58,878 bases of DNA from Candidatus Eiseniibacteriota bacterium. Lineage in GTDB: Bacteria > Eisenbacteria > RBG-16-71-46 > DASYSL01. The notes under the pieces are model-generated. The model was not told the origin of the DNA, searched no databases, and saw only the letters and a program-made list of their open reading frames with translations. A program made the position numbers and the translations under genes. Shown here one piece after another: positions 18,138 through 28,288 of the stretch (positions are counted from its first letter, which is position 1; every line of letters starts with the position of its first letter). The stretch covers positions 1 through 58,878 of the forward strand of contig JANPEF010000094.1 in NCBI GenBank assembly GCA_031431875.1, given 5' to 3'.

Positions 18138-19769
18138 ATGTCGTTGACCCCGCGTCGTTTCGCCACCCCCGCCCTTGCCCTCCTGACCGCCAGCGCTCTC
18201 TTCGCCCCGGGACTCCCATGGGAACCGGGCGTCGCGGGCGCGGACATCGCCCGCCTCGCAGTCGACCGCGGGACTTTTTCGCCGAACGGCGACGGGCTCG
18301 TGGATTCGGTGACCGCGACCTGGAGCACCTCCCTGCGAGGCGCCGACAGCATCTACGTCGCGATCTGGCCGGAACCCCGGGACACCCTGGTGCTGGTCCC
18401 GGTGCGCTCGTTCTCGTTCGGCCGCGGGGTGATCGCCCAGAGCTACCGCCTGACGTGGGACGGGCGGACCCAGGGCGGCCCGATTGCGCCCGACTCGCTT
18501 TACCGGATCCAGGTCCGCGAGTCCAACGCTGCCGGCGACACCGTGCGCTCGAAGGCCGAGGTGACGACGTTCCTCGACACGAAGCCGCCGCGCGATCCGT
18601 ACTTCGACAAGGGTTACGATGGCCTGACCGTCACGAGGCAGGACCTGCTCCTCACCGGCTTCGCGCCCGAGGCCGAGAAGGTGTACCTCTACAAGGGCGG
18701 CATCCGTGTCGCCACGCTCCCCGTCTCGAGCCAGGAGGGTACGTTCGAGTACGACGCGACTCTCGACGTGGGCGTGAACTCGTTCGCGCTCCAGAGCATC
18801 GACCGCGGCCTCAATCTTTCGCCGCTCGTGCCGGCGGTCACGATCACTTATGCCAACACCGCCGACATCGGCTTCCTGCGCGTGACGCCGTTCGAGTCGT
18901 CGCCCAATGCCGACGGCTTCGTCGACACGGTCAGGGTCCTGATCGCGCTCGACGCGCCCACGACGCGGCTCCGCGTCGAGATCCGGGAGTCGAATCCGCC
19001 GCTGACCGGAACGCAGTTCGCGGACTCGGTGAACTCGATCGCGACGCTGTTCGACGGTCCAGCCGTTGCCGGCGACCACGAGTTCTACTGGTTCGGACGG
19101 GACAGCAGCGGGACGGCCGTCGCCGACGGCAGCTGGTGGGCGTTTGCCCAGGCCGAGAGCGCCGGCGCGCTCGGGGAGCCGTTGCCCGGCCGGAAGGTGT
19201 TCACGCGCTTCGTGGTCGACAACACACCGCCGCCGGTGCCGGTTCCCGACGCGGGAACGGTGACCGAGACGTCGCGCAACTTCGTCGGGCTGCAGGGCAA
19301 CACGCCCGGCGCCGACTCCGTCTACGTCGCGCGCGGTGGCACGGTCGTGTCCCGCATCACCGGGCCGCGCTGGAGCACGTCCCCGAATCTCCTGCTCGGC
19401 GACAATTCGTTCACCTTCCGCGCCGTCGATCGCGCCGGGAACCGCTCGGCCTTCAGCCCGCCGTTCGTCGTCACCTACTCCGAGCTGGTCGGCTTCCACG
19501 CGCCCGAACGATTCCGCGCCACCGACGTGTTCGACCTCAACGTGACGAAGACCGCGCGCGCCGTGCAGATCGACCTCTATGACCTGCGCGGCCGCCGCGT
19601 CCGCACGCTCCTGGTGAACCAGCTCAACCAGCGCTACGAACTGCCGTGGAACGTGAAGGACGACGCGGGCAACACGGTCGGCGACGGGCCGTACGTGGCG
19701 CGGGCGACCGTGACCTACGAGGACGGGACGACCAGCGTCACGACCGCCGCCGTGGTGGTGGCGAAGTGA
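18138..19769 (+). CDS. secreted protein with three FlgD-Ig-like and two bacterial Ig-like domains
   Basis: Signal peptide; FSPNGDG...WDGR, SPNADG...WFGRDSSG, LYDLRGRRVRTL...WNVKDDAG...GDGPY; DT.PP...DR(A/G)..N.S units. Confidence 0.8.
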   Translation: MSLTPRRFATPALALLTASALFAPGLPWEPGVAGADIARLAVDRGTFSPNGDGLVDSVTATWSTSLRGADSIYVAIWPEPRDTLVLVPVRSFSFGRGVIAQSYRLTWDGRTQGGPIAPDSLYRIQVRESNAAGDTVRSKAEVTTFLDTKPPRDPYFDKGYDGLTVTRQDLLLTGFAPEAEKVYLYKGGIRVATLPVSSQEGTFEYDATLDVGVNSFALQSIDRGLNLSPLVPAVTITYANTADIGFLRVTPFESSPNADGFVDTVRVLIALDAPTTRLRVEIRESNPPLTGTQFADSVNSIATLFDGPAVAGDHEFYWFGRDSSGTAVADGSWWAFAQAESAGALGEPLPGRKVFTRFVVDNTPPPVPVPDAGTVTETSRNFVGLQGNTPGADSVYVARGGTVVSRITGPRWSTSPNLLLGDNSFTFRAVDRAGNRSAFSPPFVVTYSELVGFHAPERFRATDVFDLNVTKTARAVQIDLYDLRGRRVRTLLVNQLNQRYELPWNVKDDAGNTVGDGPYVARATVTYEDGTTSVTTAAVVVAK

Positions 19770-20701
19770 TGCCGGGCGCGAAGCGCGTGGGGTTGTTGTT
19801 GTTTGCCTTCTCGGCCTGCGGATTCGTTCTTGGCGTGGGCTCCGCCCACGGAGCTACCTCCGCCGCCTTCCCCTCGTCCGACGGCGGGCCGCGGGCAATC
19901 GCGCTGGGCGGGCACATGGTGGTGATGACCGTCGACGACCTCGCGCTCGAGACGAACCCCGCGCGGCTGGCCTACGCCGCGAACACCGTCACCGTGCAGT
20001 ACGATCGCCTGTCGCCCGACCTCGACTTCAACCGCGGTCGCATCGGGGCTGCCTTCGCGCTGGGGCCCAGCGCGGCCGATCCGTACCAGGGCTCGCAGCC
20101 GTACCGCATGGTCGTCGGCGCGTCGCTGGCGACGCAGAACCTGACGCTGATCGAGGGCTCGGGCTACCGCGAGGCCACCCTCTCCGCCGGCGTGGCCTAC
20201 GCGCCGATGGCGCTGGGCGCCGGCGGCATCACCTTCCGCTACCTGCGCGCCGACTCCGACGTCGAGGGCGCGAGTGCGACCGGCTTCGGCGTCGACGTGG
20301 GGATCGCGGTCGACCTGGCCGAGCACTGGGACGCCGCGCTGACCGTGACGGACGCGTTCGGGCGCACCACGTTCGAGAACTCGGACGACGAGGATCGCCT
20401 GGCGCGCACCACGCTCGGCATCGCCGCCGTGCGTTACAAGTGGTGGCAGGCCGAGATCGACTACGTGTTCGAGCAGAGCACCACGTCGGCGCTGGCCGGC
20501 GGCGCCGAGATCCACGTCGTTCCGGGCACGCTCGACCTGCGCGTCGGCGTGTCGCAGGAGCTGCGCGAGCCGGCGCGGACGCTGCTGTCGGCCGGCGCCG
20601 GCGTGGCGTTCAGGGCCTTCCACCTCGACTACGCCTATCGCTCCGATCCCGACGGGGCCTTCGACGTCCAGCATCGTGTGGCGCTGGGCGCCCGCTTCTG
20701 A
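19769..20701 (+). CDS. PorV/PorQ-like outer-membrane beta-barrel
   Basis: Signal peptide; GPRAIALGG...NPARLA N-terminal motif; G.GVDVG, LRVG, SAGAG, LDYAY strands; C-terminal Phe; ATG overlaps the upstream TGA. Confidence 0.7.
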   Translation: MPGAKRVGLLLFAFSACGFVLGVGSAHGATSAAFPSSDGGPRAIALGGHMVVMTVDDLALETNPARLAYAANTVTVQYDRLSPDLDFNRGRIGAAFALGPSAADPYQGSQPYRMVVGASLATQNLTLIEGSGYREATLSAGVAYAPMALGAGGITFRYLRADSDVEGASATGFGVDVGIAVDLAEHWDAALTVTDAFGRTTFENSDDEDRLARTTLGIAAVRYKWWQAEIDYVFEQSTTSALAGGAEIHVVPGTLDLRVGVSQELREPARTLLSAGAGVAFRAFHLDYAYRSDPDGAFDVQHRVALGARF

Positions 20702-20723
20702 CCCTCCCCCCGAGGAGTCACCC

Positions 20724-23324
20724 GTGACGTCGCGTCCCGATGCGCTGTTCCATCCGCTGTACCTGAGCCCCCGCCGCGGTCTCGACGTCGATCCCTTCGA
20801 AGCCCTGCCGAAGAAGCGCGCCGACACGCTCGACGCGCCGCGCCGTCCCGTGCGCGATCGCTGGTTCCATATCGAGCACGTGCGCCTCGACATCGCGGTC
20901 GACGTGGCGAAGGGCACGATCGCCGGCACCGCCACGCTGACGATCCGGCCGATCGCCGCCGGGCTCATCGCGATCGGTCTCGACGCGACCGAGATGAAGA
21001 TCGGCGCCGTGACGGTCGTGCGCGGCGCACGGGCCGGCCGCCGGCTGCGCACGGCGTACGACGGCGAGATGCTCGCCGTGAAGCTCGATCGCGCGTACGG
21101 CCACGAGGAGACGGTGACGCTCTGCATCGCCTACAAGGCGAAGCCGCGGCGCGGCTTCTGGTTCGTGCGGCCCGACGCGGCCTATCCCGAGCGCCACGCG
21201 CAGGGCTGGTCGCAGGGCCAGGCCGAGGACAGTCGCGGCTGGTTCCCGATCCACGATCACCCGAACGACAAGTTCACCAGCGAGATCATCGTCACCGCCG
21301 CGAGCGACCTGCGCATGGTGGCGAACGGGCGGCTGGCGGCGAAGAAGCGCAGCGCCGACGGCGCCACGACGACGTGGCACTGGGTGCAGGAGCGGCCGCA
21401 CCCGGCGTACCTCGTGTCGCTCGTGGTTGCGCCGTACGTCGAGACGAAGGCGAAGGCGGGCAAGGTGCCGCTGCGCTTCTACGCGTTCGCCGGTCAGGGC
21501 CGCGCCGCGAAGCGCCTGTACGGGAAGACCGCCGATATGGTGAAGACATTCGAGCGCCTGTTCGGGCCCTACCCGTGGCGCGAGTACGCGCAGACCGTCG
21601 TCAGCGAGTTCACCTGGGGCGGCATGGAGAACACGGGCACGACCACGTTGACCGAGAAGGCGCTGCTCGACGATCGCGCCGCGCTCGACGTGTCGTACGA
21701 GGGCCTGGTTTCGCACGAGCTGGCGCACCAGTGGTGGGGTGACCTGGTCACCTGCCGCGGCTGGCACCACAACTGGCTCAATGAGTCGTGGGCCACGTTC
21801 GGCGAGAACCTCTACGAGGAGAAGGCGCACGGGCCCGAGGCTGCGCAGTGGGAGCGCGTGCAGAAGCGCTCGCAGTACCTCCTCCAGGATTTCTCCCAGT
21901 ATCGCCGGCCGATCGTGTTCGACCGCTACGTGATCCCGATGGACCTGTTCGATCGCCACGCCTACGAGAAGGGCTCGCTCGTGCTGACCATGCTGCGCGA
22001 CGAGCTGGGCGACGAGGTGTTCTTCCGCGCCGCACGCCGGCACCTGACGACCCACGCGTTCGGCTTCGCCGACACGCACGACTTCCGCCGCGCGTTCGAG
22101 GAGGAGAGCGCCCGCGACCTGGGCTGGTTCTTCGAACAATGGGTGTACGCCGCCGGCTTCCCCGAGCTCGAGATTCGCTGGCGCGCCGAACGCCGCGGCG
22201 GCCGGGCGACCGGGCGCGCACTCGTGACCGTGCGCCAGACGCAGAGCACGCGCCAGGCCGGCCACGAGACGACGCCGCTGTTCCGCTTCGGGCTCGACGT
22301 GGTCGTGTGGAGCGGCGCCGCGGCGACCGGTCGCGGGCGTGCCCGGCGCCATCGCCTGACCGTGACGAAGCGCGAGGAGACCTTCGTGCTCGAGGGCATG
22401 GGCGGCGCGCCCTCACGCATCGCCGTCGATCCCGACTTCCGCCTTCTGTGTACGCTCGACCTGGCGCAGGACGTGTCCGCGTGGCGCAACGCGCTGGCGC
22501 ACGACCCCTCGCCCGCCGAGCGCATGCGCGCCGCCCGCACACTGGGCACTTTGCGCGGTGCGGCGACCGACCGCGCGACGGGTGCGGCGCTGGAAAAGAC
22601 GCTCGAGCGCGATGCCTCGGCACCCGTGCGCATGGCGGCGGCGATCGCGCTGGGCGAGCGGGCAGCCGGACGTCGTGGAAGCGTGTTGGCTCGTACCGTG
22701 CGCTCGCTCGCCACCGCGCTGGCGAAGAACCGCGAGCCGCACGCGCGGCGCGCCGCGGCGTTCGCGCTGGGCCTGTGCGGCAAGGCGGGCGAGGCGGCGC
22801 TCCTGGCGGCCTGCGCGTCCGGCAAAGGCGGCGATCGCTCGTACCTGGTGCAGGCCACCGCGCTCAAGGCGCTGGCGCACCTGAAGTCGCCGCGCCTGCT
22901 CGCGGCGTGCACGGCCGCGATGGAGTCGCGTGGCTGGCGGGACCTCATCCCCATGGCGGCGCTCGACGCGCTGGCCATGGCCCCGGTGCCCGGTGCGTTC
23001 GATTTGGCGTACACGCACGTGCGCTACGGCGAGACGCAGGAGGTGCGCGAGGCCGCAGTCCGGTTGCTCGTCGCATTGGCGAAGGACAAGCGCGTGAAGG
23101 CGCTGCGTCGCGAGCAGGCCCGGCACGTCGCGCCCATGCTCGCCGAGCTGATGGCCGATCCGTCCGTGTTCGTCCAGCTGGCGGCGACCCAGGCTGCGGG
23201 CAAGCTGGGCGACAAGTCGCTCGTGCCGGCGCTGCGCGACGTGCAGCGCGATGCACCGTGGGACTACCTCGCGCGCACGGCCGGCAAGTCGATCAAGTCC
23301 CTGATGAAGAAGGCGAGAGCGTGA
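20724..23324 (+). CDS. M1-family aminopeptidase with C-terminal HEAT-like repeats
   Basis: GAGGAG RBS; GGMEN, HELAHQWWGD...WLNESWA, YEKG; helical repeats. Confidence 0.9.
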   Translation: MTSRPDALFHPLYLSPRRGLDVDPFEALPKKRADTLDAPRRPVRDRWFHIEHVRLDIAVDVAKGTIAGTATLTIRPIAAGLIAIGLDATEMKIGAVTVVRGARAGRRLRTAYDGEMLAVKLDRAYGHEETVTLCIAYKAKPRRGFWFVRPDAAYPERHAQGWSQGQAEDSRGWFPIHDHPNDKFTSEIIVTAASDLRMVANGRLAAKKRSADGATTTWHWVQERPHPAYLVSLVVAPYVETKAKAGKVPLRFYAFAGQGRAAKRLYGKTADMVKTFERLFGPYPWREYAQTVVSEFTWGGMENTGTTTLTEKALLDDRAALDVSYEGLVSHELAHQWWGDLVTCRGWHHNWLNESWATFGENLYEEKAHGPEAAQWERVQKRSQYLLQDFSQYRRPIVFDRYVIPMDLFDRHAYEKGSLVLTMLRDELGDEVFFRAARRHLTTHAFGFADTHDFRRAFEEESARDLGWFFEQWVYAAGFPELEIRWRAERRGGRATGRALVTVRQTQSTRQAGHETTPLFRFGLDVVVWSGAAATGRGRARRHRLTVTKREETFVLEGMGGAPSRIAVDPDFRLLCTLDLAQDVSAWRNALAHDPSPAERMRAARTLGTLRGAATDRATGAALEKTLERDASAPVRMAAAIALGERAAGRRGSVLARTVRSLATALAKNREPHARRAAAFALGLCGKAGEAALLAACASGKGGDRSYLVQATALKALAHLKSPRLLAACTAAMESRGWRDLIPMAALDALAMAPVPGAFDLAYTHVRYGETQEVREAAVRLLVALAKDKRVKALRREQARHVAPMLAELMADPSVFVQLAATQAAGKLGDKSLVPALRDVQRDAPWDYLARTAGKSIKSLMKKARA

Positions 23325-23689
23325 AGACGTACCACGACCTGGTGAACGAGGCGCGTCCGCGCGTCCGCGAAGTGACCGTCGAAGACGTGATGACGAAGCA
23401 GATGAAGGACGACGGGACCGTCTACGTCGACATCCGCGAGGACCGCGAGTGGGTCGCCGGACGCATGCCCGGGGCGGTGCACATCGGCCGCGGCGTGCTC
23501 GAGTTGACGGTGGAGCGGGTGCTGCCCGATCAAGCGACGCCGCTCGTCCTCTACTGTGCGGGCGGCAACCGCTCGGTGCTGGCGACCGACGTGCTGCAGG
23601 CCATGGGCTACACGAACGTCGCGTCGATGAGCGGCGGCATGCGTGCCTGGATGCAGGCCGGCGGCGACGTGGAGAAAAGCCAGGGATGA
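23321..23689 (+). CDS. single-domain rhodanese (sulfurtransferase)
   Basis: DIRE..EW..G.MPGA.H, YCAGGNRS, SMSGG..AW; GTGA overlap. Confidence 0.9.
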   Translation: MKTYHDLVNEARPRVREVTVEDVMTKQMKDDGTVYVDIREDREWVAGRMPGAVHIGRGVLELTVERVLPDQATPLVLYCAGGNRSVLATDVLQAMGYTNVASMSGGMRAWMQAGGDVEKSQG

Positions 23690-24525
23690 CTTCCATGCGC
23701 CCGGCGGGGCGGCTTCGGCTCGAGCGGCCGCTCGTCTATCTCGATCTCGAGACCACCGGCGTCGATCCCCGCAACGATCGGATCGTCGAGGTCTCGCTGA
23801 TGAAGGTCTTCCCGCCCGGACCCGACGGCGTCTCGCCCGAGCCCGTGGTCAAGACGCGCCGCGTCAACCCCGGCATGCCGATCCCGCCCGGCGCGACCGC
23901 CGTCCATCACATCACGGACGCCGACGTCGCCGAGGAACCGCGCTTCGAGCAGCTGGCGAAGGCGCTGTTCGAGCTGTGCAGCGACTGCGATTTCGGCGGC
24001 TTCGGCGTGCGCCGCTTCGACCTGCCATTGCTTGCCGCCGAGTTCCGCCGCGCCGGGCTGACCTTCGAGTACCAGGGCCGCCACGTCATCGACGGCAAGG
24101 ACATCTTCCACCTCAAGGAACCGCGCACGCTCACCGCCGCCTACGCGCTGTACTGCGGTGGCGAGCTGCAATCGGCGCACTCGGCCGAGGCCGACATGCT
24201 GGCCTCGCGCGACGTGATCCTCGGCCAGCTCGATCGCTACGACGACCTGCCGGGCGACGTCGAGTCGCTGGCGAAGGTCGGTGCGCCCGAGGCCGACCCC
24301 GACGCCGTCGATTCCGAGGGCAAGCTCAAGTGGATCGAAGGCGAGGCCTGCCTCAACTTCGGCAAGGGCAAGGGCAAGTCGTTGCGCGAGCTGACCGCGA
24401 CCGAGGACGGCCGCGGCCTGTTGCGCTGGATCGTGGGCAAGGACTTCAGCGCCGAGGTGAAGTCGATCGTGCGCGCCGCGCTGGATGGAAGGTTTCCGCT
24501 GCGCGGCGCGGGAGGCGCGCCATGA
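23686..24525 (+). CDS. DEDDh 3'-5' exonuclease (DnaQ-like)
   Basis: DLETTG, FD, HSAEAD; C-terminal NFGK.KG motif. Confidence 0.9.
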   Translation: MTSMRPAGRLRLERPLVYLDLETTGVDPRNDRIVEVSLMKVFPPGPDGVSPEPVVKTRRVNPGMPIPPGATAVHHITDADVAEEPRFEQLAKALFELCSDCDFGGFGVRRFDLPLLAAEFRRAGLTFEYQGRHVIDGKDIFHLKEPRTLTAAYALYCGGELQSAHSAEADMLASRDVILGQLDRYDDLPGDVESLAKVGAPEADPDAVDSEGKLKWIEGEACLNFGKGKGKSLRELTATEDGRGLLRWIVGKDFSAEVKSIVRAALDGRFPLRGAGGAP

Positions 24526-25682
24526 AGCCCGATCCCGAGCTCTCACCGCTTGCGAACGAAGCGCCGCTGCGCTGGATGCGCCGCCTGCGCGTCGTGCCTC
24601 AGGATGGCCTCGGCGTCGCCCGCCGCGCGGTGCTGGTCGCGGTGCTCACCTGGGTGCCGATCATGGCGTGGGCGTTCGTGAGCGGCCGACTGCCCGCCGC
24701 GGAGGGCAGTGAGTCGGTTCTCCGCCACTTCGGCATCCACGTGCGCTGCCTGCTGGCGATTCCGCTGCTCATCGCCGGCGAGGCGATGCTGCATCGCGTG
24801 CTCGGAAGGATCAAGAGCCGCATCGACGCGGCCGGCCTCGTGCCCGAGGATCGCCGCCCCGCGTTCGACGCCGGGAACGACTCGATCAGGCGTCTGGGCG
24901 AGCGGACCTTGCCCTGGATCGTCATCCTCGGCGTCGTCGTCGCCACGACGTTCGTCCGCGGGCTCGACCTGTCGGACGACGCGATCGCGTGGGCGCTGGA
25001 CACCGACGGCACGCTGGGCTTCGGCGGGTGGTGGTTCATCCACGTCGTGCGTTCGCTTTACTTCGGGCTCGCGCTCGCCTGGCTGTGGCGGCTGGGTCTG
25101 GTGACGCTGTGGTTCGTGAAGCTCTCGCGCCTGGGGATCTCGCTCGTGCCTTCGCATCCGGACAAGATGGGCGGGATGTCGATGGTGGCGATGATGCCGT
25201 CCGCGTTCGCGCCGTTCACGCTCGCCGCCTCGTCCGTGCTCGCGGCGGCGTGGGCGCACCAGATCCTCTCGCACGGTGCACACGTCAAGGACTTCGCGTA
25301 CGAGGCGCTCACGTTCACCATCGTGTGGTGCGTACTGCTGCTCCTGCCGCTGCTCGTGCTGTCGCCCGTGTTGATGAAGGCGCGCCGCGGGGCGATCCCG
25401 GCCTACGGCGCGCTCGTGGGCCTGCAAGGGCGGCTCACGCACAAGCGCTGGATCGAGCACCAGCCCGTCGGCGACGAGCCGATCCTCGCGGCCCCCGAGA
25501 TCGGTCCGATCGCGGATGCGGCCACGATGTACCAGGCGGTGCTCGCCATGCAGACGGTGCCGATCGGGAAGAAGACTCTCGTCGGGGTGCTGGCGCCGAT
25601 CGCGGTGCCGTTCCTGCTCGTGACCACGCTCGAGATCCCGCTGTCCCAGCTGCTGCAGCAGGTGCTCAAGATCCTGATGTAG
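24522..25682 (+). CDS. uncharacterised polytopic membrane protein
   Basis: GGAGG RBS, ATGA overlap; about 7-8 TM helices; HPDKMGG motif. Confidence 0.75.
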   Translation: MKPDPELSPLANEAPLRWMRRLRVVPQDGLGVARRAVLVAVLTWVPIMAWAFVSGRLPAAEGSESVLRHFGIHVRCLLAIPLLIAGEAMLHRVLGRIKSRIDAAGLVPEDRRPAFDAGNDSIRRLGERTLPWIVILGVVVATTFVRGLDLSDDAIAWALDTDGTLGFGGWWFIHVVRSLYFGLALAWLWRLGLVTLWFVKLSRLGISLVPSHPDKMGGMSMVAMMPSAFAPFTLAASSVLAAAWAHQILSHGAHVKDFAYEALTFTIVWCVLLLLPLLVLSPVLMKARRGAIPAYGALVGLQGRLTHKRWIEHQPVGDEPILAAPEIGPIADAATMYQAVLAMQTVPIGKKTLVGVLAPIAVPFLLVTTLEIPLSQLLQQVLKILM

Positions 25683-25792
25683 CCCTGGGCGAAGCCCATT
25701 CCTGGCGGCTTGGTGGAACGGGACGAGTTAGGCCAAGATTATCGAGATTATCGAGTCCTTGTAACTCGGCTAACATGCCCATAACTCCAACT

Positions 25793-27226
25793 TCATGCGA
25801 CGGATTCTGCCGGGGGAGGAGTGGCGGACGGTCTGACTCTCCCTGGCACCCATCGATCCGCCACGAAGCACGCCACCCCCGTCGCCATCCCGACGTAGAT
25901 CGCCTCGACGCCCAGCCACGGCCCGCCGGTCGCCTTCGACAGCGCGAGCCACCCGCCGCCCACCGACGCCGCACCCACGAGCGCCGCCAGCGCGAAGGAA
26001 GGGCGCATGCGCCAGCGCGGGAACAGCGCGGTCAGCGTCGGCACCAGCAGCGCCGGCGTGATCACCGAGCCGAAGTCCTTCCACACGTCGATCACGCTCG
26101 TGTACCTGAGTGCCACGCCGATCGACAGCGCCGCCGTGATGAACAGGCCCACGCGCGTCGCCCGCGGCACGACCGTCTCCTCGTCGCCGCCGACGAGGCG
26201 CCACCACAGGTCGCGTCCCAGCGTGACCGCAGCGACGAAGGCGTAGGAGTCCACTGTCGACATCACCGTGGCCAGCATGCCGAGCATGAACATCCCGAGC
26301 GCGATCGACGGCAGCACCGCGTTCGCCAGTGCCGGGTAGGCCTGCACCGGGTCGGCCAGCGCGGGCAGCGCGGCGCGGGCGTACAGGCCCACGGTCGTCG
26401 TCATGAAGTCGAACAGCATCCAGAAGACGATCGACACGAGGATGCCGTTGCGGGCGACGGCCGGCGACTTCGCGGCGTAGCAGCGCTGGTAGAACGCTGG
26501 TTCGACGAGCGTGGTCATTGCCAGCACGTACCACACGAACACGGCCTGCGGGCCCGCGCCGCCGTCCCACGTCCAGTGCGTCGCGGGCAGGTTCGCGCGC
26601 AGGTACGACAGCCCGCCATAGCGCGCGACGAGGTACGGCAGGATCACCGCGAAGCCGCCGAACATGAGCACGAACTGGATGCGCTCGGTGATGACGATCG
26701 AGCGCAGCCCGCCGCGGAACAGGTACATGATCGACAGCGCGGTGCCGAGCACGGCGCCGAGCCATAACGGCCAGCCGAAGGCGAGTGACAGCAGCGTGCC
26801 GAGGATCAGCACGTACCCGGCGGGCGCGGTGGCGACGAAGACCAGCAGCGCGCCGATCGCGCCAACCTTCTTCCCGTACGCGCCGTACAGTTGGTCGGGC
26901 AGCGTGTACACCGCGCTCTTCTGCGCGCGATGGGCGAGGAACACGGCAAACACCGCGGCCCACAGGTAGTACGGGACGCCGAACACGAGCCAGTTCGACA
27001 CGCCGTAGCGATAGCTGTACTCGCCGACGCCGAGGATACCTCCGTACCACGTGGACACGAGCGTGGCGACGAACCCCGGCAGCGTCACCGCCCGCGAGGC
27101 GACGAGGTACTCGCGCACGTCGTGCCGCTTCGGCCCGAAGATGCGGGCCGTGACGTAGACGAGGAACAGCACGTACAGGCCGAGCAGGACGAAATCGCCG
27201 CCCCGGGGTGCCATGAGTGGGTTCAC
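25793..27226 (-). CDS. sodium:solute symporter family protein
   Basis: ATLVSTWYGG.LGVGE, GGLRSIVITE..QF, FYQRCYAAKS, LATVMSTVDS; about 13 TM helices. Confidence 0.9.
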   Translation of the reverse strand: MNPLMAPRGGDFVLLGLYVLFLVYVTARIFGPKRHDVREYLVASRAVTLPGFVATLVSTWYGGILGVGEYSYRYGVSNWLVFGVPYYLWAAVFAVFLAHRAQKSAVYTLPDQLYGAYGKKVGAIGALLVFVATAPAGYVLILGTLLSLAFGWPLWLGAVLGTALSIMYLFRGGLRSIVITERIQFVLMFGGFAVILPYLVARYGGLSYLRANLPATHWTWDGGAGPQAVFVWYVLAMTTLVEPAFYQRCYAAKSPAVARNGILVSIVFWMLFDFMTTTVGLYARAALPALADPVQAYPALANAVLPSIALGMFMLGMLATVMSTVDSYAFVAAVTLGRDLWWRLVGGDEETVVPRATRVGLFITAALSIGVALRYTSVIDVWKDFGSVITPALLVPTLTALFPRWRMRPSFALAALVGAASVGGGWLALSKATGGPWLGVEAIYVGMATGVACFVADRWVPGRVRPSATPPPAESVA

Positions 27227-27233
27227 GGCGGGC

Positions 27234-27285
27234 AGGATAGCAGCCGAACGCGGGGGTGGGGCGGGGCATCGGCGGCTGGTAGAGT
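27234..27285. promoter_or_regulatory. back-to-back extended -10 (leaderless) promoters
   Basis: Minus strand: TGcTATCCT, 7 nt before GTG 27226. Plus strand: TGgTAGAGT, 6 nt before ATG 27292. Neither gene has an SD sequence. Confidence 0.6.
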
Positions 27286-27291
27286 GCGGGC

Positions 27292-28266
27292 ATGGACACC
27301 GCGCCGCTCCTGCACCGCACGCTGACCGACGTCACCTGGGTCGCCTTCGACACCGAGGCGACGGGGTACTCGAACGTCGCTGCGCGCCTGGTCGAGATCG
27401 CCGGGGCGAAGTTCCGCTTCCTCCCGGGGGCGGCCCCTGCGCCGACCGAGGCCGCGCCGCACCCGCTCGCCGCGATCGAGGAGTCGGGCACGTTCCAGGA
27501 GTTGGTGAACCCGGGCATCCCGATGCCGCCCGAGGTCATCCCCATCCATGGACTCGACGATGCCGCGGTCAAGGATGCCGCGCCGCCGCTCGCGGTGCTC
27601 GAGCGTTTCTTCGCCTTCTGCGACGACGCGATCCTCCTCGCGCACTACGTGCCGTTCGACCTGGGTGCGATGGCGTTCGCGCGGGCCCGCGAGGGCAAGG
27701 GCGTGCCGCGGTTGGCCGCGCTCGACACCTCGATCCTGCCCAAGCGCCTGTTTCGGGGCGCGAAGAACTACTCGCTGGAGACGCTGGTCAAGTTCCTCGC
27801 GCTGCCGCCGACCGACGCGCACCGCGCGCTGCCCGATGCGTTCGCGACGCGCGACCTGCTGCGGCGCTGCGTCACCGCGATGGGCGACCCCGCCGTACTC
27901 ACGGTGGCCGACCTGGTCAAGCTGGCCGGGCCGCTGCTCACGTTCGAGCAGTTCTCGGAGATCCCGTTCGCATTGCCGCCGGAACTCTCGATCGTCGACG
28001 ACGCGATCGCGCGCCACGTCGACCTGATGGTCGAGTATCGCGGGGGGACCAAGGGCGGCGTGCCGCGGCGGGTGACGCCGTCGCACCTGTTCGCCAAGGA
28101 CGGGGGACTGTTCCTCGAGGGGTACTGCCATCTCGACCAGGCGCCCAAGTCGTTCCGCGTCGACCGGATCGCGAGCGCGGTCGAGATCGTGGCTGCCGCC
28201 GACGAACCGGTGCTGCGCAACCGCGGCAACGGGCACTGGGTGAAGGAGCCGCGCGAGGCATCGTAG
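27292..28266 (+). CDS. DEDDh exonuclease fused to a C-terminal WYL domain
   Basis: FDTEATG, AHYVPFD, HRALPDA; then EYRGG...RRVTP..L......FLEGYCHL...KSFRVDRI. Confidence 0.85.
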   Translation: MDTAPLLHRTLTDVTWVAFDTEATGYSNVAARLVEIAGAKFRFLPGAAPAPTEAAPHPLAAIEESGTFQELVNPGIPMPPEVIPIHGLDDAAVKDAAPPLAVLERFFAFCDDAILLAHYVPFDLGAMAFARAREGKGVPRLAALDTSILPKRLFRGAKNYSLETLVKFLALPPTDAHRALPDAFATRDLLRRCVTAMGDPAVLTVADLVKLAGPLLTFEQFSEIPFALPPELSIVDDAIARHVDLMVEYRGGTKGGVPRRVTPSHLFAKDGGLFLEGYCHLDQAPKSFRVDRIASAVEIVAAADEPVLRNRGNGHWVKEPREAS

Positions 28267-28288
28267 GCCCCGCGTGGCTCGGTGAGGC

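Noticed and set aside
25724..25792. Integron attC site or dif site
   Set aside because: GTTAGGC precedes rather than follows the AAC box, there is no integrase, and there is no convincing XerD arm (TTATGTTAAA).
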